From the NCBI GenBank assembly GCA_965153355.1, contig OZ231126.1, positions 38,626,001 through 38,690,000 of the forward strand: a stretch of 64,000 nucleotides of DNA. The letters are read 5' to 3'. The DNA comes from Flaccisagitta enflata (lineage: Eukaryota). The notes under the pieces were generated by a model. That model was not told where the DNA came from. It saw only the letters and a list, made by a program, of their open reading frames with translations, and searched no databases. Position numbers and translations under genes: made by a program. Positions 14,526 through 52,908 of this stretch are shown here, piece by piece (within the stretch, counting starts at the first letter, position 1; each line of letters opens with the position of its first letter).

Positions 14526-16094
14526 TAGATCATCTTGAGTATCAGGGATCACATCGCGTCTTTGGTCAATGAACCTTCGACCTCCGGAATCTTTTGTATC
14601 CTTTCTAGTAAAAGATCATCTTCGTTTTTTACTTCTTCTTATTTTTTTCTTCCTCTTCCTCGCGGCAGCGGTCCTCAATGATTCGATGACCTTTGATCTA
14701 TTAATCAAGATAACAAAGCCAACACTTATAAGTTGCCTACGACATTTATATTTAAAATAACTTAGAATAACTTAGAATGACTTAGAATAACTTAGTATAC
14801 GCTTAAATGACCTAAAATGACTTAAAGAAAAAAACTGATAAGAAAAATAAAAAATGGACGGGCGGATGGACAAAGCGGGGTGTATAAAGTCGCGTGCACG
14901 TGACTAAAAAGCATTTTTGAAATGAATTCTTGTGTGTATTTGTTTATACAGCTTTTATCTATTGCTCAATTTTATCATCGATGATGCAACTAGTATGCCA
15001 TGCCTCCATATCGCTTAAACCCATTTAGGTGATTTGAGTGGTATAAAGTGGCGTAAGATTTTTTTTTCCCATCATGGTGCGCAGTTATTCATGCCTAAAT
15101 TCTATTACATATAGGGCATTGCTATTCAATTTTTAAAAAAACAAACAGGTTAATGGTGTATCCAAATTTTCTTCAATCACTGATTGCAATTAATAATGAA
15201 ATAAAAGGCATTTTTAGTCGCGTCCACGCGACTCTACAACCCGCTCTGTCCGTCGGTCCGTCCGTCGGTCACACTTTGCTTTTTTTCGCCGCCCCTGCCC
15301 ACCCGCACGCGACTAAGGTAACCGTGCATCCGGCCTTGTTTTTCTCTTTTCTGCAATTTATACAAGGGGTACCGCTGCCTATCTTCTACTATTCTGTTTT
15401 ATCATTCTCTTTTCATCTCCTCCATTTACCTTCATCCTCTTCCTCAGTGAGCGCTCCTCCTCATCGGGAGTCAAGATAAGATCTTTGCCACCTTTGGCCA
15501 CTCGAAACTTTTAGGCCAAGGTGCTTGACTGCTTACATTAAAAGAGGCGCTCGGCTCCTTTCATTAAAAGGTCAGACCCGATGGACGGCGATATCCAAAG
15601 TGAAAGTTTTAAGACGATCAGACGAGGTAACCAAAGCGAAATACCCAGACTGTTACAGCGGTAGTCAGACGAGTACTATATGGATATTGGTGATTGAGGG
15701 TAGAAGAAAAAATTCACGAGAAAGGCAAAATCCGGTTTGGGAATCAAGATAGAGATACAAAATTTTGAAAATTTGAAATTCCAAGGTCATTTCATATCCC
15801 CAATGACCGTTACAATTTCACTGCCAATAGGAGCGTTTGCAACGGTATCTATGTGACAGAATTTTTGGTATTGTATTGAATTAATTATCGACAATATTAC
15901 AATATTTACATTGTAGTAGAAAGTGCCAGAGGATAGTCAGTAAGTGTCCTAAGAAAAATTTTCTAATGATTTTCGGTTGAGTGGGAAACAAGGCCGGATA
16001 CACGGCTACCCCAGTCGCGTGCGGGTGGGCAGGGGCTGTAAAAGAGGTAACTTCATCATTTGGGCAGGAGCAGTGAGGCTATTCTTCTTTAAAG

Positions 16095-17003
16095 ATTGGT
16101 GTAAAATGAAACATTTCCGATTTTTTTTTACAGAAACTTAAAGTACCAATAGCAATTGATACTTGAATGAACCTAGAACGATTTTGAATAGGTCTGCGAG
16201 GTTTCAAAATTGCATTAGAATCCTCAAAAATGAAACAAGCCCGACCGGGCAACGATGCGTCCGGACTGTGTCTTTACGTGTATTGATCATGTGACATTTA
16301 TAGAGAGACAGATGGACAAACAGACGGGCGAAATGACTGAGTAGTAAAAGATGCTCTCAAAACATGTTGGTTGATCATTTGTTTCAGTGTAGGATCTCAC
16401 CGTGGCCAAAAACAGCCGAGAAACGCGGTTTTTGCACAGGCGTAACGGACCGACGGACGGACGGACGGACGGACGGACGGACGGACGGACAGACCCTCTT
16501 ATAGAGATGCGTTCCTGACGGACGCATCTAAAAATGAACCAAAATCAAAAAATTCTAAAAACTGATGTTTTGGAACAGTTTCTAAGGGTAAGATATGCTA
16601 TCAGTATGAATTTCATTGATGTACTAAAAAAAACAAGCATGTTATAGGCGAAAAATGCGAAACCGCAATATGCAAATGAGATCAAGTGCAAACTTTCAAA
16701 AATAGCAAAAATTGTGTAGAAACACCAAAAATTGAATCAGCACAGTGCAAATGATCAACATGCATCAATATCATTCAGAATTAACCAAAAAATATGGAAC
16801 AAATAGTGTTTTTTATAGCAAAAAACACAACTTTTTACATAAAAAAACGTTTCTAATTTTTTTGGCTCAAGTTAGGTCAAAATGAATATCAGAATCGTGT
16901 TTCAAAGCTTTTTTAGGTCCCCTGTTCAAAAAACTGTGATGTGTCTATTTTTTTTTTTCAAAACCCTTAAAATTGAGATTTTCTCTAACCAGAATCCTGA
17001 CCG
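16095..17003. mobile_element. Truncated inverted copy of the 4957-5753 element, interrupted by a HINE at 16234-16534
   Basis: Collinear reverse-complement match to about 4957-5570, ending GAATCCTGACCG. Confidence 0.85.
16234..16534 (-). mobile_element. HINE family A (AGATGCGTCC subTIR)
   Basis: (GACG)n tract and 3' hairpin GCCCG-GT-CGGGC; inserted in an A/T run. Related copies at 43500-43750, 50851-51617, 52365-53208 and 60106-60200. Confidence 0.78.
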
Positions 17004-18041
17004 TTGTAACCACATAAATGTGGTGCAGTGTGCATTATCCAATAGTTGTCCCTATCCCCTAGGATTTTTATCATAATCCCCAAGTACTCCCCCCTTAACT
17101 TGAACGAGCTGACTATAAGTTACTAGTTTATTATAACCTAACAGCTTATTATGATTGCTGTACCTCAACTTGAGGCTCAAGGTTGCTGTCGAGCGGCAGG
17201 GTGGTCCAGTTGTGAAATTTTGCTGATCACAACAATAAATGAAAACAAGGCCGGATACACGGCTACCTTAGTCGCGTGCGGGTGGGCAGGGGCAGTATTT
17301 GAGTTACTAAAGCACTTGGGCAAGTGCAGTGAGGCCAAAGACCGCAAAAACATAAAAAAAGTAAAATGGGGACCAACCGACCGACCGACCAACCGACCGA
17401 CGGACAAAGCGAGGTGTAGTGTCCGTAGGATTAAAAGCTACTATGTAGACTAAAGTTATGATTGACGAAATACTATTAAAAGCTATATGCAGAGGGGCTT
17501 AGACTAAATTTCGCGAACAGTGAAGAGGGGCGGGGCGCCGCGTTTAACGCCTGCCCACATATTTTTCATGTGGCCCTGACTTTCTGTGATAAGTGTTGAG
17601 TCTCTGTGTTCGTTATGGTCGGTTCCGGCCCTCCGTATACAACGTTCATTATCTATGGTTGCCAAGCTGCAGAAAAAGAATTGCAACAACAACAACGACC
17701 TGCCTCATCCATGTCTTGATTATCTCTTAATATAGTTTTTGAACCGATGGACTATCCCCATTCCCCCTTCCCAAACCTCACTCAGCACTGCCTACAACTG
17801 TGAACCGGATAGATAGTCCTTCAATTTCAACTGCAGCCCCGAAAAAAAGATTTTTGATAAGTAGTTATCTTTTGCATTAATTTCAAGACGGCCTCAGAAG
17901 GGTTAATTGACTTAAGATTAGGACACTCAAAAAGCCTCTTTTTCGAGAATTGTGGGAGAGATCTTGATAACCGATATCTCTTACTTTAATTTCTTTTTGC
18001 ATTGATAAGCACCTTTTTTGTCCAATAAGAATCTATAAATG

Positions 18042-19613
18042 AACAGGTCGCCCAAGGGCAATTTGTGGTCAGCGATACCCGTTGCCCTGCTTTGAGTGAT
18101 TGTGAATTGGAGTGAGGGGAAGCAGGGCAGCGGCCCTGAAGGGGACGAAGTCGTGTAGAACACAAGGGGAATTTCATTCATCCTGCCTTAAGAAGTGGAC
18201 GAGATGCTAAAGAGGGCTGACTGAAGGCCTTCAAGAGCCTAAACTGAGGTCTTACTAGTCATCCAAGGATTGCACATGGTCAGCGGTACCCGATGCCCTG
18301 CTTGGAGTGATCAAGTAAAATAGTGGAGTGAGAGCAGGGCAGCGGCCCCAAAGGGCCGATGTCCTGTAGGACACAAGGGGGAATTTCCAGACGTCCTGAC
18401 GGGGAATATATCAGGCCTAATAGATAATTTAAGCAGGATTTGAGGTCTGGGGGGAAGATTTTAGGCCTGAAGATTAGATTTGAGGTCTGGGGGCAGGCTT
18501 GAGACATAAGGGGCAGATTTGAGGTTTGGAGAGCAGATTTGAGGCCTTAAGAGCTGAATTGAGGCCTTGAGAGCTCATTTGAGGCCTGGAGAGCTGATTT
18601 GAGGTCTAGAGAGCTGATTGGAGGGCTGATTTGAGGGCTAAGAGTAGCCTAACAACAAAAAATGCGATGTCATAGAAAAGTTCTCTATCAGAGGGATATG
18701 GCCCAAAATCATGTTTACAGATGTTTTATGAAAAAAATTTATACCTGGGACCCCTATAAATTGGCGCCGCCACCCACCCCCTTTCCAATGATAAAACATA
18801 GGCAAAAATCCTTCCTATACATTTTCAATGGGAAATGAGGGGGGGTGGCGGCGGTAATTTCCGGAGGTCCCATGACCAAATTTTTGTTGTGGTTTATCTT
18901 TGTACATGATTTTGAGTCATATCCCTCTGATAGAGAACTTTCCTATGACTTTTCATGAACTCTTGTTATGCTAGCTAAGAGGGCCTAAATCAGGCCTGAG
19001 AGTGAGGATTTGAAGCCTTGACAGCCATCGGGGGAGGGGGATTGGAAGGATGGACAGACGGACGTCTGGAAATTCCCCCCTGTGTCCTACAGGACATCGT
19101 CCCTTTGGGGCCACTGCCCAAAAAGGTTGATATAAGGCCTAAGAATGCCAATCGGAAGCTTGAGAGGGCTGACTTGAGGCTTGAGAGAGCTGGATGAAGG
19201 CTCGAAAGGTAAGAGGACTGAGAGCAATGAATTGAGGTTTAGATAGCTGATATGAGGCCTGAGAGGCCTAATTTGAGGCCTGAGAGGCGAGGTTTGAGGC
19301 CTGAGAATTTGGATTTGACGCCTGAAAAGCCTAATTTGAGTCCTGAGAGGCCAGGTTTGAGGCCTGAGAGATTGGATTTGAGGCCTGAGAGGCCAGATTT
19401 GAGGCCTGTGAGGCTGGATATGAAGCCTGAGAGGCTGAATATGGGGCCTGAGAGGCCAGATTTGAGGTCTCAGAGGCCAGATTTGAGGCCTGAAGGGCCT
19501 GATGAGGGGGCTGGGGGGGACAAATGAACGGACAAACGGACAATCAAATGAACGAATGAAAGTCCCCCTATGTTCTGCAGGACTTGGTCCCCTTCGGGGC
19601 CGCTGCCCAAAAA
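18042..19613 (-). mobile_element. HINE-like family B element with 21-bp central tandem repeats; contains a second family B copy (~18254-19124), which contains the hAT MITE
   Basis: ~50-bp inverted repeat GGGCAGCGGCCCC...CTGTAGRACACA.GGGG, TTTGAGGCCTGAGAGG.C.GA tandem units, a GGAC-type microsatellite next to one end, and A/T-run termini. Confidence 0.72.
18645..18973. mobile_element. hAT MITE
   Basis: 8-bp TSD GCTAAGAG (18637-44 and 18974-81), TAGCCTAACAA/TTGTTATGCTA termini and long imperfect TIRs. Confidence 0.88.
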
Positions 19614-19822
19614 CGGTCTTTTGGAAGCACCCCCCTTTGGCTTCTCAACCTAGGGTGAGAAAGGGGAATTGGTCTTTTGTTTTTCCGTTGAACAATACTT
19701 TCTCGCGGGTGGGTTTTGGCTGGGGTTTACGTTAAGTTTAGGGATAGGGGTGGGTTTAGGGTTAGGGGTCGGGTTAGAGGTTAGGTTTAGGGGTAGGGTT
19801 AAGGTTTGAGTAGGGTTAGGGG

Positions 19823-20131
19823 CAGGGGCGTATTTGAGCCAAAAATTTTTGGGCAGCAAGTCAAAATCTGTGTCCCAATGAATTTTATGTCCCAACGATT
19901 TTCCTATTACCTATGTATCTAATTTTGGAACTAATATAACTAATTATGCTTATTACTAATGCTTTGTTATGTAACTATTGTGTTATCAGATAGAAATAAG
20001 TCTTGCTTTACTATAGCATAAATTGTTTACTCTCAAGTTAATTCTCAACCATCTGTGTCCCGATGGCGGTTTGTGCCCCAACAAAAAGGGCAGCAGCTGC
20101 TGCCCCTAACACCCCGTCAGATACGCCCCTG
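19823..20131. mobile_element. hAT MITE inserted in a TTAGGG-like degenerate tract
   Basis: 8-bp TSD GTTAGGGG (19815-22 and 20132-39); TIR CAGGGGCGTATYTG. Confidence 0.88.
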
Positions 20132-20298
20132 GTTAGGGGTAAGGTTGCAGTTATGGATTCGTGAAAAAACAAGTATACAACCAAAGTGAGGAGTTCTCCA
20201 CTTTGGCCGAATATTGATCCATAACTTTCTTGTCGCGCGACACTTTTTGGTCGGTCCGTCGCAAAGTCGTTTTTCCAGCTTCAAGGCTTGTAGAATTA

Positions 20299-20643
20299 CC
20301 GTATTTCTTGTAATTAGCGCCCCGGGCGCTTATGAAATTGAGATGAAACATTGTTGTTTAAGACCTGCAATTAGCGCCCCCTATTCACTGATGTCTAAAT
20401 GATATCTTATGAAATTTACACTTATTGACATTCTTTTTTATAATTCAAATCAGTAAATCATTAAAAAAGAGAATATTTTGTTGTATTAAATCTAATTCTG
20501 ATAATGTTTTTGCCAATAAATGAAATTCTCAATAAATTTTTCTTGATTTTTTTCTGAAAATAAGTCTTGTCATTAGTTTTTTTTTTCATGAAAAAGGAGG
20601 GGGGCGCTAATTAGAGGGGGGGCGATAATTGCAAGAAATACGG
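20299..20643. mobile_element. Tc2/pogo-like MITE (CCGTA termini, TA TSD)
   Basis: TA|CCGTATTTCTTGTAATTAGCGCCC ... GGGCGATAATTGCAAGAAATACGG|TA. Confidence 0.88.
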
Positions 20644-20966
20644 TATTCTCAATAACTTTTTAAGGCTGGGGAGAGCGGTGTCATTTGCATCAGTGTTCAG
20701 TGATAGTGTGAAGTACTGTTGAACTTCAGCTCTGTAATGCTGTACCACTGCCCCTGCCCAACCCTCCGCGACTTTTGCTTTGTGTTGTGTGTTTATTTTT
20801 GAGTAACACTCTCTCTGCATAAGAGATAACGTTCTTATAAGATTGGTTTTCTATTCTTGACAAATGGCAAAAAAAGAAGAGAAATGTCCGTCTGAAGATA
20901 ACTTCTCTGACTATAAAACTTGTTCAAAAATCGATCTGACATAACGTCTCACTCCAAAGTGCCATC

Positions 20967-26558
<5,592 letters not shown>

Positions 26559-26621
26559 TTTCGATCGGTATCATGTGGTTACAAACAGCTTCCAACAACA
26601 ACAACAAAAACGACAACAACG

Positions 26622-26709
<88 letters not shown>

Positions 26710-26723
26710 CGACGACGACGACG

Positions 26724-26814
<91 letters not shown>

Positions 26815-28664
26815 CTGAACAATCAGTGAACAAGGCCAAGCGAACCAGCGCGTGTGCTCCCAACAAATGCGTACCCGTCTTTCCCTCAGACCAGCCGGCA
26901 GCCAGCCGACGGACATGACTTCATAAAGAAGCGCTTTGGCAATTGGCACACGTCAAAGTTTGATGCCATTCACACGACACAATTACAGGCTGTGAAACGT
27001 TGTTGAACATTAACGGCTTTTTTCGGGCAAGTCGCGCAAATTTGTTTCATGAGCATAATTTGTTACACTACGCAAAATAGTAAACCCTTTTTGTACAGTA
27101 AGTCCAAGCCATATTGATCAATGATCATTGCATCGTCCATTTGAAAAAATAAACCTTGTAAAGCTCTGATATTTATTTTCTCAACGCGCACATCCAAATT
27201 TCTCAGACACGAAAAGATAGACCAAGTCATGATTACTTAGTCAGATCAGGTAACTTAACCGCACAATTTGCAACCCATTCGCGGTCGGATATGACCATGA
27301 ATTAGAAGATAAAAAAAAAAAAAAAAAAAATTGTTTATGAATTGACGGACGTAAAACGGAAGAGTTGAAATGTTTAGTTGTTTGTTTAGGTTCATCGATG
27401 ATATGAACTGTTAATGAAATTTGGGGATGAAAAAGGGAAAGGTTGACGGGGGGGGGGAACGGGGGTGAATACCGCGGAAGTGATTCAGCTTTCGGCTAAA
27501 TACGCACTTCTTTTTTTTCCTTTTTGAAGTTTTAATGTGTGAACTGCGAAGTGAATTATTGACTGAGTAATTTGCTGGCCTTAGTTTAGTTGTTGAATCT
27601 ATATACTTGATAGTCGTGGCCACGAGGATATATATGAAAGTCGAAAGTGTGGGAGAAAAGAGGCGAGAGAGACTCTGAGGGTCAATGACGAGGTAGAAAG
27701 GCCGAATGTTCAACAAATCATCGCATTATATGAGAGACACACAAAGTCAAGCTCCTCGCGTTGTGTAGTCTGAGGCGTTAATGTGTCCAAATTAAAAACC
27801 TGTTAAAAACCAACTTTACGTTTACCTTTTCTAATGGCCCACTGTTAATGGTTGTAAACAAAACATACTTACATGAACTAAACTTAGCATTTACCAATAC
27901 TAGGCGTACTGTGTCGGAAAATAAAACAACCGTTGAAAGGGTACCGTTCTACGCCGGAGATCTTTCGGTCATAAAAAGTGAACAAATAACGATGCTAAAT
28001 AATGAAACCAAAACTCCAGATAATCAAGGGCACTCTTCCACAGATCAGATTAAATTCAGGAAAAAAAAGGGTTGAAAACCCACCTCTCTCGCATAATTTT
28101 ACTGGGCGATGGATAGCGATATCATGTACATCAGAAAAAGTGTGTATCAATCACTGGCCAATTTCACTGATTGATTGTTTGAATTACTCAAAAGATCTAC
28201 GGTAGAAATTTTCCCTCTTCACACATTTTGCGCGGACGCTAAGTTTTTGCGGAGCGAAAATCGACGGCGATGATGAAGACATCGCAGAGATCATCGGGGG
28301 TGGGGGGGGGGGTGAGGGGGGGGGAGGAAAATGAAATTGAGGCGGAAAATTGAAAAAAAATCGTTGGTTGCTGTATGTCCAACAATAACAATGGGAATGA
28401 TATTGACAGTCGAAAAGAGAGTAAGATAGAAATAGGGAGAAGATTGGGGATGAGGGGGGGGGGGGGTTGATTTAAAAGGGACGCGATCATCGCATTTTTT
28501 AAAAGGAATGCTTGGGGTTTAGTTTGATGGTTTGTTTTTGTTTTTTTGTTTTTTTTTTGTTTATTTTTTTAAAGGGGGGAGGGGGGTTGTGTGATATTTG
28601 GCTAGCGTGAGACAATGATGAGGGGGATATTGAGGTAATTTTGAAATCACCTTGGTGAGGTGAG

Positions 28665-28763
<99 letters not shown>

Positions 28764-29718
28764 AATTATGCGAGTGAAATGAGGGTATTCAAAGACAATA
28801 AAGAGTAGGGCGTTAAACGAAAGTAAATTTGTCCATGAAAAGGGTCGAAATTCATTTGATGCTAATGACTGGAGGCCGACGATGGGAGAGAGAAAAAGCT
28901 ATTAAGCTTAACACGTTTCGGATCAATGAGGCAAATTCTTCATGCCTCGCTCTTCGTAGGGCAATTTGGTTTCTGGTATGAGTTTCAAATGTTCAATTAC
29001 GCCTCACTTTTCCTCGCGTCATTTGTCATTTGTATGTACATTGTACAAACACTTAGAGGACACCATTTTTCCAAAGAGAAAAAATGCATCGATGCTTTTC
29101 ACGGTTTCGATCCCATTTGTAAGATACCTTTTTACAATTTTTCTTTTTGTACTTTACATCACCTTCTCTTTTTTCGATTTCTTTTCGTTGTCCTCGATCA
29201 TTAATTCATTTGTTCATTTGCATCTTTTCCTTGCTTTGCTTTGCTGTTTCTTGACTTCTTTTCTATGCCAATACTTTTTATGGCATGTTGTTCAATTGCT
29301 TGTTTGCTTATTTCCTTTCTATCCTTGCTTGCCTGCTTGCTTGCTTACTTGATGGTTGCTTCTTACCTTCCTTCCTTCCTTCCTTCCTTCCTTCCTTCCT
29401 TCCTTCCTTCCTTCCTTCCTTCCTTTCTTCCCTCCTTCCTACCGTCCTATCTTCCTCCGTTCCCTATTTATTTCCTTTCTATCTTCTTTTATCCAACTCT
29501 CTGTTTTTACTGTGGTTTCTCCATTTCTTTCTTTCTTTTTCTTTACCTGAAGACCTTTTGTCTCTCAGTCTGTCTGTCTGTCTGACAGTATGGCTGCCTG
29601 TCTACATCTCCCCCTCCCTCTCTTTGTCTCCCGTTTTCCCCCCACCGCCGTCGTTTTTCAACGGGGATTTTCTCGCCCCTTAATTTCACTAGTATTTCGA
29701 TCCTCTTCCTGTTTTCCC

Positions 29719-29783
<65 letters not shown>

Positions 29784-30307
29784 CTCTTGATCTCCGATCT
29801 GCCGCCGACGGCGTAAAAATTGAAATCCCGCCTATGATTATTTGTGCACAAATTGTGCGTATCAACTTTCACCAATATTGACACCTTGAAGACAGCATCG
29901 GATTATGGTTAGCATTTTTATTCACCAATCACCATAAGCCCAGCTTGATTAATTTTCATTTTGAAATAATAAAATACCCTCATCAGCTGGTGGTATCTTT
30001 GTCGTCAGCTCTTTTTACTAAGTTCAAATTTCAACGACGCAAAAAATTTACAAAAAAAATCGTTATGTTAGTCTAAACGAAGCCGATAGGAGAAACATCG
30101 CCTTTGACAATGCTAACGACTTTTTTTTAGTAGCCTCCTAGTAGCCTCCTAGGAATGGCAAAATGGAAACACATCGAATTATTTTCAACTACTTGTATTT
30201 TTAAAGGCGCCGATTCACTTAATTTAATTCTAATTGCCTCCTCAAACATACAACGTAGCATGAATCCAGAAAAAGAATTAGAATCCACCCTCCACTGAAC
30301 AATACTG

Positions 30308-49659
<19,352 letters not shown>

Positions 49660-49726
49660 AATTCTAGTATTTTGTCAATACATTGTTATTTCTTTCATCT
49701 TTTTTCACTATTATGCACGGTAACTA

Positions 49727-50307
49727 CACTACGATGGGAGCAATGACGACCCAGGTACCTTAATTTTGTTTGTATCATAAAATATTTAAGATTTAGGGTA
49801 ATTAAAGGTTGCCTTATTGAGTGAAAATGTTTGCATCTCTCAAACTTCAACTTGCGACTTGATCTCATCAAGACTTCATTTTTCAAAGTTCTAACCTATC
49901 TCAATAGATCAGGTGGAAAATTTTGTATTGTTCTGAAAAAAAATCAGCTCAATCGGTCTATTTTTACAGGTTTTATGGCCATTTTAAGTTTTGCCCAAAA
50001 ATTAATTTGCATAACTTTTGATTATTAAATATAGCCGTAAAACCTCTAAAAATAATCCGATTGAGCTGATTTTTTTTTTCAAAATCATATAAAATTTTTC
50101 GCCCAATCTAATGAAATTAGTTGGAACCTTGAAAAATGAAGTCTTGGTGAGGTCAAGTCACAAATTGAGGTTTAAGAGATGCAAATGCATTCACTCAATA
50201 GAGCAACCTCTAATTAGCCTAGATTTCAAATATGTTATAATACAAATGAAATTAGGATACCTAAAATCTATACTCCAGTCTAGGTCGTCATTGCTCCCAT
50301 CGTACTG
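49727..50307. mobile_element. Foldback-type MITE, TA TSD
   Basis: CASTACGATGGGAGCAATGACGACC TIR; the arms remain complementary for roughly 250 bp. Confidence 0.88.
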
Positions 50308-50924
50308 TAGTTGTTTTTGCTTATCGCCATGAAAATCTTTGTCTGTTATTTTCTTTCGTTTGTCTACTTGTGATTTTTTAACCTTCGATAAATGAAAATA
50401 CCATCTCAGAAAACTGTTTCAGATTTTATTACTTACATTCAACATCAGATATCGAGCAGAAGCTAAATCTTTTTTTTTTTTTTTTTTTCCGCATTGTATA
50501 AGAAGCCTTGTCCGTCTGTCCGTCCATCGGTTGGTCCGTAACACACGAGTCAAAAGTTGTGGAAACGCGCATTTGGATGTGTGTTTGTGTAAGGGGGTTG
50601 CTGAAGGAATAATGGGGTGAGTCTGAGTTGGATGCCCCTGCCCACCCGTCCGCAATGATATTTTGACCCTGCGTCAGTGGCTTTTCTTTTAAAGCTGACT
50701 TAATGAATCAGCATTTATGAACAGAATTTTGGAGAGCAAAGGCTCAATTAAGCATTTGTACGCAGCACTTATTGAAAGAAGAATATTGAATTAGCTAGAT
50801 GGACAAATCAACAGCATGATTTTGTTAGGCTAGATTTTTTCCAACGATTGTTTTTAGATGTGTCCTTGCATCTCTATGATAGGCTGTGTCCGTTGGTCGG
50901 TCGGTTGGTCGGTAACGCATATGT

Positions 50925-51361
50925 AACAAGTCATCCAAGGATTGCACATGGTCAGCGGTACCCGATGCCCTGCATGGAGTGATAGCTGAAGAAGTGGAGT
51001 GAGAGCATGGCAGCGGCCCCAAAGGGCCAATGTCCTGTAGGACACAGGGGTGAATTTCCATATGTCCTGAGAGGGCATATTTGAGGCCTTTGGAGCAATT
51101 TCCCATAATATTCAATGAGAGTATTGCATTTTTTCAATTTCTCATCAATTTGCCATGTTATTCAATGGGAATTTCACATTTTTTTCATTTTTCATCAATT
51201 TCCAATGATATTCAATGGGAAGTTTGCATTTTATCAATTTCCCATGTTATTCAATAGGGAAGCTTCAGGGGGGGACGGGCGGAAGGTCAGACGGATGGAC
51301 GTATGGAAATTCACCCCTGTATCCTACAGGACATCAACCCTTTGGGGCCGCTGCCCAAAAA
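50925..51361 (-). mobile_element. HINE-like family B copy nested in a family A copy
   Basis: AACAAGTCATCCAAGGATTGCACATGGTCAGCGGTACC ... TTTGGGGCCGCTGCCCAAAAA. Another interrupted copy at 12964-14219. Confidence 0.75.
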
Positions 51362-51959
51362 GCATCAGAATCTTGTATTTTTTTATCAGGAAATTCATAT
51401 TAACTCAGTAAAAGTAGCATGTATACATAGAATAATTCATTCATTAAATCATTCATTCATATAAAACATTCATTCATAAAAAGAACATTCGTTCATAAAA
51501 GACATTCATAAAAAAAACATTCATTCATTCATAAAAAACATTCATTCATAAAAAAACTTTCATTCATAAAAAACTTTCATCCAAAGAGGACGCATCGTTG
51601 GCCTACTTGGCCTTGTTCTTTTACTGTCAATTCGGTCATTTTAATCAACGACAAACTTTACCTGGTCGCCTCGATCTCTTATCTCACATTTTCGAGGAGG
51701 CCAACTTTTTATTCCTCAGCCAATCTCGCTACGATCTCCTCGACAAAGTTTTGTATAATTATCTTCTTTCTTGATTTCCAGCTCAAGAAATCAATATTGG
51801 ATACAACATCAACAATCGCCTAATTAGAGTGTCTATCTTTTTGCATGTTTGCCTGTTTACCTACCTGCTTGTCTACCTGTCTGCCTGCAAATCGGTTGAT
51901 TGTACACTAAGCTGTGGAAACCTGTTTTAAGTTTTCCACCGCAAATCGATCTCAGAAAT

Positions 51960-52053
<94 letters not shown>

Positions 52054-52393
52054 AGAGAAAGAGAAAGAGAAAGAGAGACGAAGGTCCGCCCCTTAAAGTT
52101 AAAGTTTGAATCCGTGTTGAATTACAAGTACAGATGAATGTAAAAAAAGATTTCGAACTCAGCATTCTTGGAAAAGCCTTTTATGTATATAAATTAAAAA
52201 TGAAGTGAGGGCGAGCGAAATTTTTTTTCAAGGTTGACAATTTTTGACAAATCAAAGCCCGTAGGACATCAACCGGAGAATCTTAAGAGGTATGTCTATC
52301 ATAATTGGATTTAATGGTTCAGTAAATAAGAAGGAAAAGATTAAGCTGTTGCAAAAAGATGAAAAACAAGTACCTCGGGGGTACAACGATGTG

Positions 52394-52908
52394 TTTTGGT
52401 GCTTCACATAGCAAAAGTTGTTTATTTCTTTTCATCCTCTTTACCTAATGTGGAATGGGCAATTTTAGGACCCTTACCATTTTTCTTTTATCAAAAATTG
52501 TTCATCTTCCGTTTTTTAGAAAATTGTTTTTGAGAGCCTAATTTGTATATTGCAGTGGGATAAAAAAGTTTGCTGATCTTCTCTGAATTAGCTTTTATAA
52601 ACTTCTGCTCTTTAGAGAATTGTTAACCTGCTTTTTCACAAGCTCTTACGTAACTTATGCTCTGATATTTTGATTTATTTTCATAAAAATCATGGTTTTC
52701 TAAAACTAACAATTGTTCCTTTTGTAACAAGACTACACAGGATTTTGCTGAATTCTGGGAAATCTGAGTAAACTTTAAGGCCAAAACAAAAACGGAAGAT
52801 GAAGGAATTTTGAGAAAAGGAAAACGGTCATCTTCATGATTTTTTTCATTCCATATTGGGTTAGCGGGACGAGAAGAAAATCAAATTTTTTGCTATACGA
52901 AGCACGCA
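52394..52908. mobile_element. TIR element with possible 9-bp TSD (Mutator-like), inserted in the 3' end of a HINE (52365-53208)
   Basis: AACGATGTG (52385) and AACGATGCG (52909) flank ~60-bp imperfect TIRs. A related inverted internal segment fills the SOWAH intron at about 7345-7915. Confidence 0.55.

Noticed and set aside
15485-15700. Structured ncRNA or ribozyme (CACCTTTGGCC/GGCCAAGGTG hairpin; CAGACGAG...CGAAA)
   Set aside because: Core mismatch and missing stems; no recognisable family.
19252-19527. ORF with RPERxDL heptad repeats
   Set aside because: Translation of the 21-bp tandem repeat inside a family B element.
19730-19822. Interstitial telomere
   Set aside because: Short, highly degenerate GGGTTA-like tract embedded among transposon fragments.
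26940-30000. Conserved enhancers upstream of Nedx (TCF-, homeodomain- and octamer-like words)
   Set aside because: Short motifs alone are not evidence without cross-species conservation or chromatin data.
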